A stretch of DNA of 44,209 nt from a virus. Below the pieces are notes generated by a model. The model did no database searches. It saw only the letters and a program-made list of their open reading frames with translations, and was not told the DNA's origin. The DNA is taken from positions 1 to 44,209 of IMG/VR virus record IMGVR_UViG_2582581264_000001. One strand, written 5' to 3'. Below are positions 5,455 through 14,108 of this stretch, piece after piece. The first letter of the stretch is position 1. The number at the start of each line of letters is the position of its first letter. Both the position numbers and the translations under genes were made by a program.

Positions 5455-5593
5455 CGCAGCAAAAAAAATCTAAGTATTCCAAGTTGGAGTATAGGAACGC
5501 GAAACAGGAAGCCGTATCACTTTTTCATCATCGCGGTGGTGCGCCAGACAGAAAGACGGCGCACCGCCCCACCATCTGAACCGTGAGGCCATT

Positions 5594-6013
5594 ATGAGAA
5601 CCCGCGCAATTCTATTCGTTCGCGGCGATGTGATAGCGCGCGGCTCGGCCCGGCGGGTTGTGTGGGGCGTTACCTCTGACCGCCTAGTTGCGTTCCCGTT
5701 AATTCCTTCGGACGGCGCGACATATCGCAACGCTGTGTCTTTTTCAGAGATTTCGGACGTTGCGGCTATGGGGTGCGGCAAAGGTGATCTAGCGATACGT
5801 CCGGCGGTGGTGGCTTCGGCTTCCACCGCCGGGTGGAAAAAGGTTGGTGAGATAACAGCGAGCCGCCTTCAAGAATTAGAGAGCGCCGTTAAGCGGGCCG
5901 TGGTGGAGGAATCCACGGTTGCCCGTTGGAGCAAGGCGCCCAAAAAGGTTAAGAATCATGCAAGGCGTGAAAATCTCCGCACGGCAGAAGGCCGCGTTTA
6001 TCGCAGCGCTTAG
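5594..6013 (+). CDS. hypothetical protein (139 aa), weak resemblance to the PemK/MazF-type fold
   Basis: ORF track entry, with GTGAGG 6 nt before the ATG. RGDVI...RRVVWGVTSDRLVAFPLIPS...AIRPAVVASAS...KKVGEITASRLQELESAVKRAV loosely follows the PemK/MazF pattern. Overlaps terS by 56 nt. Confidence 0.35.
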   Translation: MRTRAILFVRGDVIARGSARRVVWGVTSDRLVAFPLIPSDGATYRNAVSFSEISDVAAMGCGKGDLAIRPAVVASASTAGWKKVGEITASRLQELESAVKRAVVEESTVARWSKAPKKVKNHARRENLRTAEGRVYRSA

Positions 6014-6407
6014 CCGGGAGCCGAATGTTGCTGCCGCGTGCAAAGCGGCCAAGGTGGGCCGGTCTGCAATCTACGCCCTGAAGCGAGAGAATGAAGAATT
6101 TTCGGAGCTTTGGGATGAGGTGATGCAGACCGCCGTTGACGATCTTGAGGGCGAAGCCTTCAACCTTGCGCGTCACGGCACGCTTGAGCCGGTGGTAAGC
6201 GCGGGCAAGCTGATTTTTGACCCTGACACTCGCAAGCCGATGTTTGTGAAAAAGGTTATTCCCGCGCTGATTTTGCGCCTTCTGACTGCGCACCGGCCCG
6301 AGAAGTACGCGCCGCAGCCGTCCGGGCAAGCGGCGCTACCGTTTGAGCTTACCCCTGACCCTGAACCCACGCCGGATGAAGCCGGGCCGTCAAAGCCCCT
6401 GCTCTAA
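5958..6407 (+). CDS. terS: terminase small subunit
   Basis: ATG 5958. The N-terminal HTH-like ISARQKAAFIAALSREPNVAAACKAAKVGRSAIYALKRENEEF resembles phage TerS proteins. Positioned upstream of terL. Confidence 0.7.
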   Translation: MQGVKISARQKAAFIAALSREPNVAAACKAAKVGRSAIYALKRENEEFSELWDEVMQTAVDDLEGEAFNLARHGTLEPVVSAGKLIFDPDTRKPMFVKKVIPALILRLLTAHRPEKYAPQPSGQAALPFELTPDPEPTPDEAGPSKPLL

Positions 6408-6432
6408 CTCCGGCGCAACCGGAGTTATCGAA

Positions 6433-6813
6433 ATGGCGAAATTTAAAGCAGGCGACAAGGTTTATTGGGCTGGCACCCGAAAGGGCGGGACTCCGGGTGG
6501 GATGTGGACGGAGGGTAAAGCTTATGCGGTCAATTCCGACGACAGCATTACCGTTTTTGACGATGACGGCAGGCGGTGGTGGGCCGGGGTTAGAGGTGCC
6601 GTCAACGAGTTTAGCCTAACACCACAGGAACCAGTCCCCGCGCGGGCGAAGGCGCCAGCGTTAGTCACCCCGGCGGGATTAGCCGCAATCCAGGCTTGGC
6701 TTGATGAAAGTGGGGCGGAACACCTCTCCCCTGGCGACCGCTGCGCCGCCGATCTCATGGACGCGCTCGGAGTCACATGGCGCAAGCGCAGCTATGAAGC
6801 CGCGTTGAAGTAA
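6433..6813 (+). CDS. hypothetical protein (126 aa) between terS and terL
   Basis: ATG 6433 with a GGAG RBS (MAKFKAGDKVYWAG...). Confidence 0.6.
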   Translation: MAKFKAGDKVYWAGTRKGGTPGGMWTEGKAYAVNSDDSITVFDDDGRRWWAGVRGAVNEFSLTPQEPVPARAKAPALVTPAGLAAIQAWLDESGAEHLSPGDRCAADLMDALGVTWRKRSYEAALK

Positions 6814-6855
6814 TCGCCGCGAGGGCCAACTCGTCGCGGCTCTCACGGAATAATA

Positions 6856-8172
6856 ATGGCAAGAATCCGACCACTACCACCACCTGAACAGATCAGCTTA
6901 ACCCATAAACAATCAAATATATATCAATGGGGTTTTCAGCCGGAGGCTCGTTTCAGGACGGCGGTATGTGGGCGGCGCTTCGGCAAGACTTACCTTGCCG
7001 CGCGCGAAATGAAGCGGGCCGCGCAACTCGCGGCAAAATGGTCCGTTCATCCTGACAATGAAATTTGGTACGGCGCGCCCACCTTCAAGCAGGCAAAGCG
7101 CGTTTTCTGGCCTCGTCTCAAGCGTGCAATTCCGGCGCATTGGGTAGAACACAAAAACGAAAACGAGTGCCATCTAACGACTGTGGCCGGGCATACGCTG
7201 CGAATTGTAGGGCTTGACCTATATGACAATTTGCGCGGGTCCGGCCTTTTCTTTTTCATTGGCGACGAATGGGCGGACGTTCCACCGCAGGCGTGGATTG
7301 AAGTTGTTTCGCCCATGCTTTCGACGGCGCACGGGCACTCTCTGAAAATTGGCACGCCCAAGGGCTTTGACCATTTTTATGACGAGTACGTTTTAGGCCA
7401 GGAAGGCGGAGAGGTAGATCATAAGTCCTGGCATTACACCACCCTTCAAGGTGGCAACGTGCCGCAAGCAGAGCTTGAACGCGCCAAGCGCATTTTGGAT
7501 GCGCGGACGTATGAGCAGGAATATGAAGCGGGTTTCGTAACCTATAGTGGGCGCGTCATTTACGCTTTTGACCGCAAGCTTCATGTGCAAGATTGCCCAT
7601 ATAAGCCGGAGCTTCCGGTTTATATTGGTATGGACTTCAACCTGAATCCCATGTCTGCAACCGTGTGGCAGGAATATGGTGGTGCGATCAGGCAGATTGA
7701 CGAAATTATCCTGCCCACCTCCAACACAGACGACATGAGCGACGTTATAGCGCATCGGTATGGGCGGCCATCCTTTACGCCGGGCGAGATTGAGGTGGGT
7801 CATATTACGGTTTACCCGGACCCTGCCGGAGCGCAAAGCCGCACCAGCGCGCAAGGCCGTACAGACATTTCTATTCTGAGGGGGCGCGGTTTTAGCGTCA
7901 TGGCAATGTCTAAAGCGCCCCTTATCCGTGATCGCATCACAGAGACAAACGCCCGCTTCCGCAACGCGGCGGGCGATATTCGCGCCTATGTTGACCCGTG
8001 CTGCCTTCAAAGCATCAAGGCTTATGAAAAGCAAACATACGTTGAAGGCACGAATGACCCCGACAAAAAGAGCGGGTTTGACCATATCGTTGATGCAACG
8101 GGTTACTTCATCTATGGCCGCTTTGCTTACAAACCCGCCCGCTTTAACCAGGGCTTCAATATAGGGCGGTAG
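6856..8172 (+). CDS. terL: terminase large subunit
   Basis: Walker A CGRRFGKT, Walker B FFIGDEWADV, and C-terminal nuclease-like acidic motifs (YPDPAGAQ, FDHIVDATGY). Confidence 0.9.
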   Translation: MARIRPLPPPEQISLTHKQSNIYQWGFQPEARFRTAVCGRRFGKTYLAAREMKRAAQLAAKWSVHPDNEIWYGAPTFKQAKRVFWPRLKRAIPAHWVEHKNENECHLTTVAGHTLRIVGLDLYDNLRGSGLFFFIGDEWADVPPQAWIEVVSPMLSTAHGHSLKIGTPKGFDHFYDEYVLGQEGGEVDHKSWHYTTLQGGNVPQAELERAKRILDARTYEQEYEAGFVTYSGRVIYAFDRKLHVQDCPYKPELPVYIGMDFNLNPMSATVWQEYGGAIRQIDEIILPTSNTDDMSDVIAHRYGRPSFTPGEIEVGHITVYPDPAGAQSRTSAQGRTDISILRGRGFSVMAMSKAPLIRDRITETNARFRNAAGDIRAYVDPCCLQSIKAYEKQTYVEGTNDPDKKSGFDHIVDATGYFIYGRFAYKPARFNQGFNIGR

Positions 8173-8173
8173 C

Positions 8174-8350
8174 ATGCTGACATTTTGGGATTACGCGCAT
8201 GAGGCGGAGCAAGAGTTTTTAAGCTACCTGCGCCGTGCGTTGTGGGCTTGCTTTTGGCTGTTTGTGGCGTGTGTGGCGCTTTCCGAGGCACCGCAACCGC
8301 CGCGTGGCACAGCATTGCCGCCGGTTGTCCATCATGACGGGAACGGTTGA
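8174..8350 (+). CDS. possible small membrane protein (58 aa, below the ORF-track cutoff)
   Basis: Translated by hand: MLTFWDYAHEAEQEFLSYLRRALWACFWLFVACVALSEAPQ... It fills the terL-portal gap exactly. Confidence 0.3.
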   Translation: MLTFWDYAHEAEQEFLSYLRRALWACFWLFVACVALSEAPQPPRGTALPPVVHHDGNG

Positions 8351-8352
8351 GC

Positions 8353-9855
8353 ATGGATTGGCTTTCCCTCAAGAAAACAATGCCGCAAGACAGAGACTTT
8401 TCGGAGCGCACCCGTGACTTGGTGGCGCTTGGGGCGGTGCTGGATGGAACGCAGTATGACCATATAGCTTATGCGTTCAGCGAGGAAACAAACGGCTCTA
8501 ATGAGTATGTGCCGCTTGACCAGCGCCGCCCGTCCATCAAGACGAATCTTTGCCGGATTGTGGTTGATGATGCCGTTTCGTTGCTGTTCAGCGAGGGTCA
8601 TTTCCCTTCGGTGCAGGCGAAAGACCAGAACACAGCCGACGCGCTAAATCGCATTATAAAGGCCCGGCAGTTGAATAGCGTCATGATCGAAGCGGCAACG
8701 CTCGGCTCCGTTGGCTCCGTTGCCATCTTGATGCGCGTGTTGAAGCGCAAGCTATTCTTTTCAGTTTTGCCCACGGCTTACTTGATGCCGGAGTGGCTGG
8801 CTGATGACCCCGGCACGCTTAAATCAGTGCGTGAGCGCTACAAGGTTGCACCGGCAGACTTGATCGAACGCGGATATGATGTTGACCCCAAGGGCGGCTT
8901 GCATTGGTTTCAACGTGTTTGGGATGACAATGCGGAAACGTGGTTTCAACCCTGGCCCGTTCGTGGCACCCCGAAGGACTTTGAGCCGAAGGTTGATGAA
9001 AAGCGCACAGTGACACATGCGCTTGGGTTTTGCCCTTTTGTTTGGATTAAGAACCTTCCGGGGGGCGAGGGTGTTGACGGGGCTTGCACTTTTAAGCCAG
9101 CGATAGACACGGTAATTGAGGGCGACTATCAAATGTCGCAGGCCGGGCGCGGGCTGAAGTACAGCAGCGACCCAACCCTTGTGTTGAAGGACATGGCGGC
9201 GGGGACCGGCGCGGCTCCCCAGCGTACCGGCGGCGCGGCCCGTATGCTCTCCATTCAACCGGAGAGTGACGCAAAACTCTTGGAAATCAACGGCACAGCC
9301 GCGCAAGCTGTTCTTGAGCATTTCAAGGCACTTCGAGTGCTTGTTCTTGAGATTATCCACGGAAACCGGACGGATGCAGACCGGCTTTCTGCCGCCAGTT
9401 CAGGCCGCGCCATGGAGCTGATGAACCAATCGCTTGTGTGGCTGGCCGACCGGATGAAGATTACTTATGCGGAGGGCGGACTTTTGGCCCTTCTCCGCAT
9501 GATATGCCGCGCCTCCGCAGCGGTGAAGGACGGCCTTATAATCTGTGCGGATGGTGATGACGCCTCTACGGCGGAGGTTGTGGAAAATCTCGACCTTGCA
9601 GGAATATCCTTACGCTGGCCGCCCTGGTACGCACCGACGCACACGGACAAGCAAGCCCTCACAACCGCACTGAAGGTTGCGGTTGGTGGCGGGATATTAA
9701 GCCGGGAAACGGCTGTTTCAGTACTGGCGCCCCTCTACGATATTGAGGACGTGCAGGCAGAATTGACAAAGATTCTCGCTGACCAGAAGGCGGAGGATGC
9801 GCGCGTGAAATCTCAGGCCGCAACTGTTACGGCTAACGAAAATGTGCCCGAATGA
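8353..9855 (+). CDS. portal protein
   Basis: About 500 aa, immediately after terL and before the scaffold and capsid genes. Start taken at ATG 8353 (the track uses TTG 8347). Called by position and size. Confidence 0.7.
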   Translation: MDWLSLKKTMPQDRDFSERTRDLVALGAVLDGTQYDHIAYAFSEETNGSNEYVPLDQRRPSIKTNLCRIVVDDAVSLLFSEGHFPSVQAKDQNTADALNRIIKARQLNSVMIEAATLGSVGSVAILMRVLKRKLFFSVLPTAYLMPEWLADDPGTLKSVRERYKVAPADLIERGYDVDPKGGLHWFQRVWDDNAETWFQPWPVRGTPKDFEPKVDEKRTVTHALGFCPFVWIKNLPGGEGVDGACTFKPAIDTVIEGDYQMSQAGRGLKYSSDPTLVLKDMAAGTGAAPQRTGGAARMLSIQPESDAKLLEINGTAAQAVLEHFKALRVLVLEIIHGNRTDADRLSAASSGRAMELMNQSLVWLADRMKITYAEGGLLALLRMICRASAAVKDGLIICADGDDASTAEVVENLDLAGISLRWPPWYAPTHTDKQALTTALKVAVGGGILSRETAVSVLAPLYDIEDVQAELTKILADQKAEDARVKSQAATVTANENVPE

Positions 9856-10115
9856 GTGACGGGCGCACGCTTTGGGGGTTGGCGATGGAAGCCCCCTTGT
9901 GGCCTACGGGGCATGTGAACAATGCGCCCCCTGAAAGGCTTATGGATTTCCTGCGTGAGCATTTTCGCAATCCGCAGGACTTTACCCTTGGCGATTTGAC
10001 GGCGCTTGGCGGCCTTGTGTCGCGGGCTATCCACCTCATCAAAAACCCGCCGCCGGATGGCCCGGCGCCCCCGCCTGACGGCGGCAGCGCGGCGCCCATG
10101 ACCCTCGCGGCATAG
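9852..10115 (+). CDS. hypothetical protein (87 aa), Pro-rich C-terminus
   Basis: ATGA overlap with the portal stop codon. Confidence 0.55.
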   Translation: MSDGRTLWGLAMEAPLWPTGHVNNAPPERLMDFLREHFRNPQDFTLGDLTALGGLVSRAIHLIKNPPPDGPAPPPDGGSAAPMTLAA

Positions 10116-10135
10116 CAGAGCAGGAAATAAGACGC

Positions 10136-10750
10136 ATGTTCAAGTTTGGTTATCCCTTCGGACCTCAGATTTTGCGAGAGAATGAAGGCGGCGGCGGAAA
10201 TGGCGGCGGCGGTAGCGATGACGCCAACCGCGCGGGCGACCCCGTGGAAATTGACGGTAGGCTTCGGGAACCCACCCGCTACGAGCGCAGCCTACGCGGG
10301 CGCGTGTCCGCTGCGGAGCAGGCGGCCCGCGACGCGCAGGCCAAGGCTGAAGCCGCCGTTCAGGCCGCACAGCAGGAACGGGACGCAGCGGTTGCCAAGG
10401 TCCGCACGGACGGCGAGGCACGGTTAATTCGCGCTGAATTGAAGGCGGAGGCCGTCAAAGCTGGCATCCGTGACCTGAGCGACCTTGCAAGCGTGGATGT
10501 GTCCGGCCTGAAGTTGAATGAAGCGGGCGACCTTGAGGGCGCGGCGGAGTTCATTGCCAAGCTGAAGGAAACCAAGGCCCATTGGTTTGCGGAAGCAACC
10601 GGAGCGGCGAAAGGCACTACCTCTAACACCGAAAAGGCACCTGGTCAGACTAAGACCATAGGCGCCGGTGGTGAAGGTAAGAACGCGCGGGAGATGACCT
10701 CCGAGGAATACGCCGCCGCGAAAGCGGCTCTGATGCGCCGCCGCCGCTAA
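10136..10750 (+). CDS. scaffolding protein
   Basis: Ala/Glu/Lys-rich coiled-coil composition (AAEQAARDAQAKAEAAVQAAQQERDAAVAK...) and position directly upstream of the major capsid gene. Confidence 0.7.
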   Translation: MFKFGYPFGPQILRENEGGGGNGGGGSDDANRAGDPVEIDGRLREPTRYERSLRGRVSAAEQAARDAQAKAEAAVQAAQQERDAAVAKVRTDGEARLIRAELKAEAVKAGIRDLSDLASVDVSGLKLNEAGDLEGAAEFIAKLKETKAHWFAEATGAAKGTTSNTEKAPGQTKTIGAGGEGKNAREMTSEEYAAAKAALMRRRR

Positions 10751-10778
10751 CCTGCGCAACCATCCACCAACACAACGC

Positions 10779-10804
10779 GCCCCGGTCTCCGGGGCTTTTT
10801 ATTT
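10779..10804 (+). terminator. intrinsic terminator between the scaffold and major capsid genes
   Basis: 7-bp stem GCCCCGG/CCGGGGC, 3-nt loop TCT, then TTTTTATTT. Confidence 0.8.
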
Positions 10805-10812
10805 GAGGCCCT

Positions 10813-12213
10813 ATGGCAATTTCTGATTTTCCCACCGCCCTGCAACCCATCATCCAGCAGGGCTTTTTGGAGCGCGAGTTTGAGCAAGGTTTGCGTGCAG
10901 CCGTTGCTTATCGCGCGATTGCTGACCGCGAGGATTTTCCAAACGGCATTGGCGAAACCATCACCAAGACCCGCGCCGGTCTGAAGCCGACTGTTACCAC
11001 TCCGCTCAATTCCGCCTCCAATACCGGCCTGGATAACGGCATGAATCCAGGCAATAACACGTTCCCGGTTGAGCAGTTTACGCTCAGCCTAAACCTGTAT
11101 GCTGTCTCGGGCGACCTGAATACGGTTACAACCCGTGTTGGCATCGTGGGGCAGTTCTTGCAGAACGCCCTGACCAATGGCGATCAGGCCATGCGCAGCC
11201 TTGACGAATTGGCGCGCAACGCTCTGTTTGGCAGCTATTTTAATGGTAACACCCGCGTTACCACGACCCTAGCCGCCGCTGGACCTTCGATTGCCGTGGA
11301 TGATATTCGTGGATTTACGCAGGTTCCGGGCGTTGCCGCCCTTGGAACCGTAGCCAACGCATCGCCCGGCGCGGGCGTTAACCCCTCCCCCACATGGGTG
11401 CCGGTGGGCGCAAGCAACCCTCTCACGGTAACGGTTGGTTCAAACACTTATGAGGTGGTTGGCTATACGGTTGATGCTAACAACACCTCAAGCCTGAAGT
11501 TTTTGGGCGGAGTTTCTGGTACGCTGACCCTCTCCGGCAACGTGACTGTTGCGGACGGGACCGCAGGGAACACCGTGCAGGCTGCTAACGCTTCCACCGT
11601 TCTGCGGCCAAATGCGCGCGGGAACAGCTCTTTGTTGCAGGCTGGTGATGTGTTCACCATGAGCGACATTCAGGACGCGGTTGCGTTCTTGGGGGCGAAC
11701 GGCGTTCCCCGAATTGAGGGTGCATATAACTGCTATTTGGATTCCTATAGCTCCCGGCAACTTTTCTCTGACCCGGATTTCCGGCAGCTTTTCCAGGGGG
11801 CGACCTCATCGAATGACGTGTTCAAATATGGGCGCGTGAGCGACATGCTGGGCGTGCGGTTCATTCCCACTACGCAGGCCCCCGTTCAGGCGCACCCCAG
11901 CATTGCGGGTCTGAAAATCCGCCGCCCCATCATCTGCGGCCAAGGCGCCTTGATTGAGGGCGATTTTGAGGGCATGGCGGACCCGGACCACGCGGACCAG
12001 GGAGGGCGCGGCCCGGTTGAGGTTCACATGGTTGACAATGTGGCGATGACCACCCGTGCCCCCATGGACCGGCTCGGCCAGATCGTTGCTCAGTCTTGGT
12101 ACTGGATTGGCGGTTTCTGCGTTCCTTCGGACGTGACTACCAGCCCGACCACCATCGGGACCGCCAGCAATTCCAGCTACAAGCGCGCGGTTATTGTTGA
12201 GCATGTTGGCTAA
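10813..12213 (+). CDS. major capsid protein
   Basis: 466 aa, directly after the scaffold gene, with composition typical of HK97-fold capsid proteins. Called by position and composition. Confidence 0.7.
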   Translation: MAISDFPTALQPIIQQGFLEREFEQGLRAAVAYRAIADREDFPNGIGETITKTRAGLKPTVTTPLNSASNTGLDNGMNPGNNTFPVEQFTLSLNLYAVSGDLNTVTTRVGIVGQFLQNALTNGDQAMRSLDELARNALFGSYFNGNTRVTTTLAAAGPSIAVDDIRGFTQVPGVAALGTVANASPGAGVNPSPTWVPVGASNPLTVTVGSNTYEVVGYTVDANNTSSLKFLGGVSGTLTLSGNVTVADGTAGNTVQAANASTVLRPNARGNSSLLQAGDVFTMSDIQDAVAFLGANGVPRIEGAYNCYLDSYSSRQLFSDPDFRQLFQGATSSNDVFKYGRVSDMLGVRFIPTTQAPVQAHPSIAGLKIRRPIICGQGALIEGDFEGMADPDHADQGGRGPVEVHMVDNVAMTTRAPMDRLGQIVAQSWYWIGGFCVPSDVTTSPTTIGTASNSSYKRAVIVEHVG

Positions 12214-12431
12214 TGGCGAGGCCGCGTAAGCAAGGTTTGGAAGGGGCGTCGGACACTCCGGCGCCTGACATTCCGCTAATGTCTCGGGGGCGTGTGGCGA
12301 AACACACGCCCCTCATTTTCCGGGGGCGGCACCTGCAATTTCGTCCGGGCGTTGAGTTTACGGCAGAGCGCGAGTTGCGTGCGGCTCTTGATGAGAGTGG
12401 CGCTGACGTTGATTGGAGTAATGACGCATGA
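12213..12431 (+). CDS. small head-associated protein, paralog 1 (72 aa)
   Basis: PLIFRGRHLQFRPGVEFTAERELRAAL aligns with TLIYKGRPLSFRNGIAFTADAMLKAAM of the next gene. Confidence 0.6.
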   Translation: MARPRKQGLEGASDTPAPDIPLMSRGRVAKHTPLIFRGRHLQFRPGVEFTAERELRAALDESGADVDWSNDA

Positions 12432-12664
12432 CGCAAGCCACACACGGCGCCACCATCGTTCAGGGTGGAATGGTCAGCGATCAAGCCACAACGGCACAGA
12501 TTCTTGCGCTGGCTACGCCCGGCATGTCCACGGGCACGCCCACCTCAGATTTTACTCTCATCTATAAGGGGCGGCCTCTCAGCTTTCGTAATGGCATTGC
12601 CTTCACGGCGGACGCAATGCTGAAGGCGGCAATGGCGGGGCAGCCGGTAACGTGGAGTTCTTAA
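12428..12664 (+). CDS. small head-associated protein, paralog 2 (78 aa)
   Basis: ATGA overlap with the previous gene, and a C-terminal half paralogous to 12213..12431. Confidence 0.6.
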   Translation: MTQATHGATIVQGGMVSDQATTAQILALATPGMSTGTPTSDFTLIYKGRPLSFRNGIAFTADAMLKAAMAGQPVTWSS

Positions 12665-12667
12665 CGG

Positions 12668-12991
12668 ATGGCCGTAGGCGCTAATCAACCGTTTAAGGGC
12701 GTTGACAGCCAAGCGATCGCTTGCACTGGGGCGCCCGCCAACGCCGCTCTACCCGGCTCGGGCGAGAGCGTTTTAATTTACAACGCGGGCACTGTGGTGG
12801 CCTTTGTGCTGTTTGGAGGCAATGCGGCCTCGGTCTCTGAGCCTCAAACCTACGGATTAGCAATCCCGCCGGGCGGCTCTCGGCTGCTTGGCGTGTCAAA
12901 ATTTGACAATTTCATCGGCGCCGCATTTGCCGCTGATGGAACCGGAACCGGCACGCTCTATGTATCGCGCGGCTCCGGTACGGTTTACTAG
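12668..12991 (+). CDS. hypothetical virion protein (107 aa)
   Basis: ORF track entry, tightly packed within the head/connector block. Confidence 0.6.
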   Translation: MAVGANQPFKGVDSQAIACTGAPANAALPGSGESVLIYNAGTVVAFVLFGGNAASVSEPQTYGLAIPPGGSRLLGVSKFDNFIGAAFAADGTGTGTLYVSRGSGTVY

Positions 12992-12993
12992 CC

Positions 12994-13467
12994 TTGTCCG
13001 GCTCGGCCCCCCCCGCCACCGCATACAGCCCCACAATCTCAACCACGCCAGTAGGCGGCAATTATTCGGCCAACTTCAGCACAGCGGCGCTTGAGGCTTG
13101 GGAAAAGGCAGACGTGCGCAGGTTTTGCGGATACCCGCCCTATGGCGGCGCGGGAATGTCTGGCTTTTGGGGGTTTCGTTTCTTCCAAGCCTACGGCTTG
13201 CTTGAATACCGCATGACAAACCTTGCGCCCTACGAGTTTCAAGTGGTGCGCTATCATCTAAACTACTTGGTGCAGCTTGAAGCGGCGCAGGCCACGGCCT
13301 CAGATAACCTTGACACTAATCAAGCATCTGTCTGGCTGCACAACCAAAACGAAATCCGTGACCGCGCCATTCTGTTTGACGAATGGCGGCGCAAGCTATG
13401 CAATGCCGTGGGTATTCCGCCGGGGCCGCAGCTTGAGGGAGCGGCAACCGGGAGAATCACGATTTAA
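12994..13467 (+). CDS. hypothetical head-tail connector region protein (157 aa, TTG start)
   Basis: ORF track entry with no alternative early ATG. Called by position. Confidence 0.55.
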   Translation: MSGSAPPATAYSPTISTTPVGGNYSANFSTAALEAWEKADVRRFCGYPPYGGAGMSGFWGFRFFQAYGLLEYRMTNLAPYEFQVVRYHLNYLVQLEAAQATASDNLDTNQASVWLHNQNEIRDRAILFDEWRRKLCNAVGIPPGPQLEGAATGRITI

Positions 13468-14108
13468 TGGACGCGGCAACCATCCAGGCGAAAATATGGG
13501 CCGGGTATGGCAAGGCCGCGTCTCGCGTGGGCGCGCTATACCAACAGTTCCGGCCAACAGATCCGTTGGCGCCCATGGCCAAGGCAAAAGGCACCATCTA
13601 CGCGGCTTTTGACGCGGGGAATTACAAATTCAACGCCCCGCAAGGGTATGGCAAGCCAACGTGGCGCGCCCTGTTAGATGGCCGAAGCACCGCCGTAGGC
13701 GATATTCTCAAAGGCGCCGGTGGAACATTCTTCATTGTAGGGCAAGACGCGCTCCTGCCTATCCTTGCCGTGCAGGCAAACGCCACGGTTACGGTTTACA
13801 AGGCGGCTGCACCCGCAGGCTATGGGGTGCAGCCGTATGGGGGCGACGTGGAGGCCACCCGGCAAGAAATCATGGCCGGTTGGCCCGCCTCAATTCTAAG
13901 CGGCTCCCACACCCCGGAAAATGGCCCCGTGGGCTTGCCGGGTGATGCCCGCACCCCCTGGAAAGAGGTTTTGCTCCCGGCCATCGCTGGCGTGACCATC
14001 ACAACCGATAATTTTATCACGGACTCAGCAGGCGCCCGCTTCCAAGTGAGCGATGCGGAGCTAACATCTATGGGATGGCGCCTAGCGGCAACGCAGCGCG
14101 AGGCTTAA
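13467..14108 (+). CDS. hypothetical virion protein (213 aa)
   Basis: TAATG overlap with the previous gene. Called by position. Confidence 0.6.
   Translation: MDAATIQAKIWAGYGKAASRVGALYQQFRPTDPLAPMAKAKGTIYAAFDAGNYKFNAPQGYGKPTWRALLDGRSTAVGDILKGAGGTFFIVGQDALLPILAVQANATVTVYKAAAPAGYGVQPYGGDVEATRQEIMAGWPASILSGSHTPENGPVGLPGDARTPWKEVLLPAIAGVTITTDNFITDSAGARFQVSDAELTSMGWRLAATQREA

Noticed and set aside
7393-8175. 260-aa minus-strand ORF inside terL, and similar long antisense ORFs (8824..9360, 14105..14632, 16215..16661, 26093..26614, 27421..28095)
   Set aside because: These are typical GC-rich antisense shadow ORFs lying entirely within well-supported + strand structural genes, and they have no motifs.
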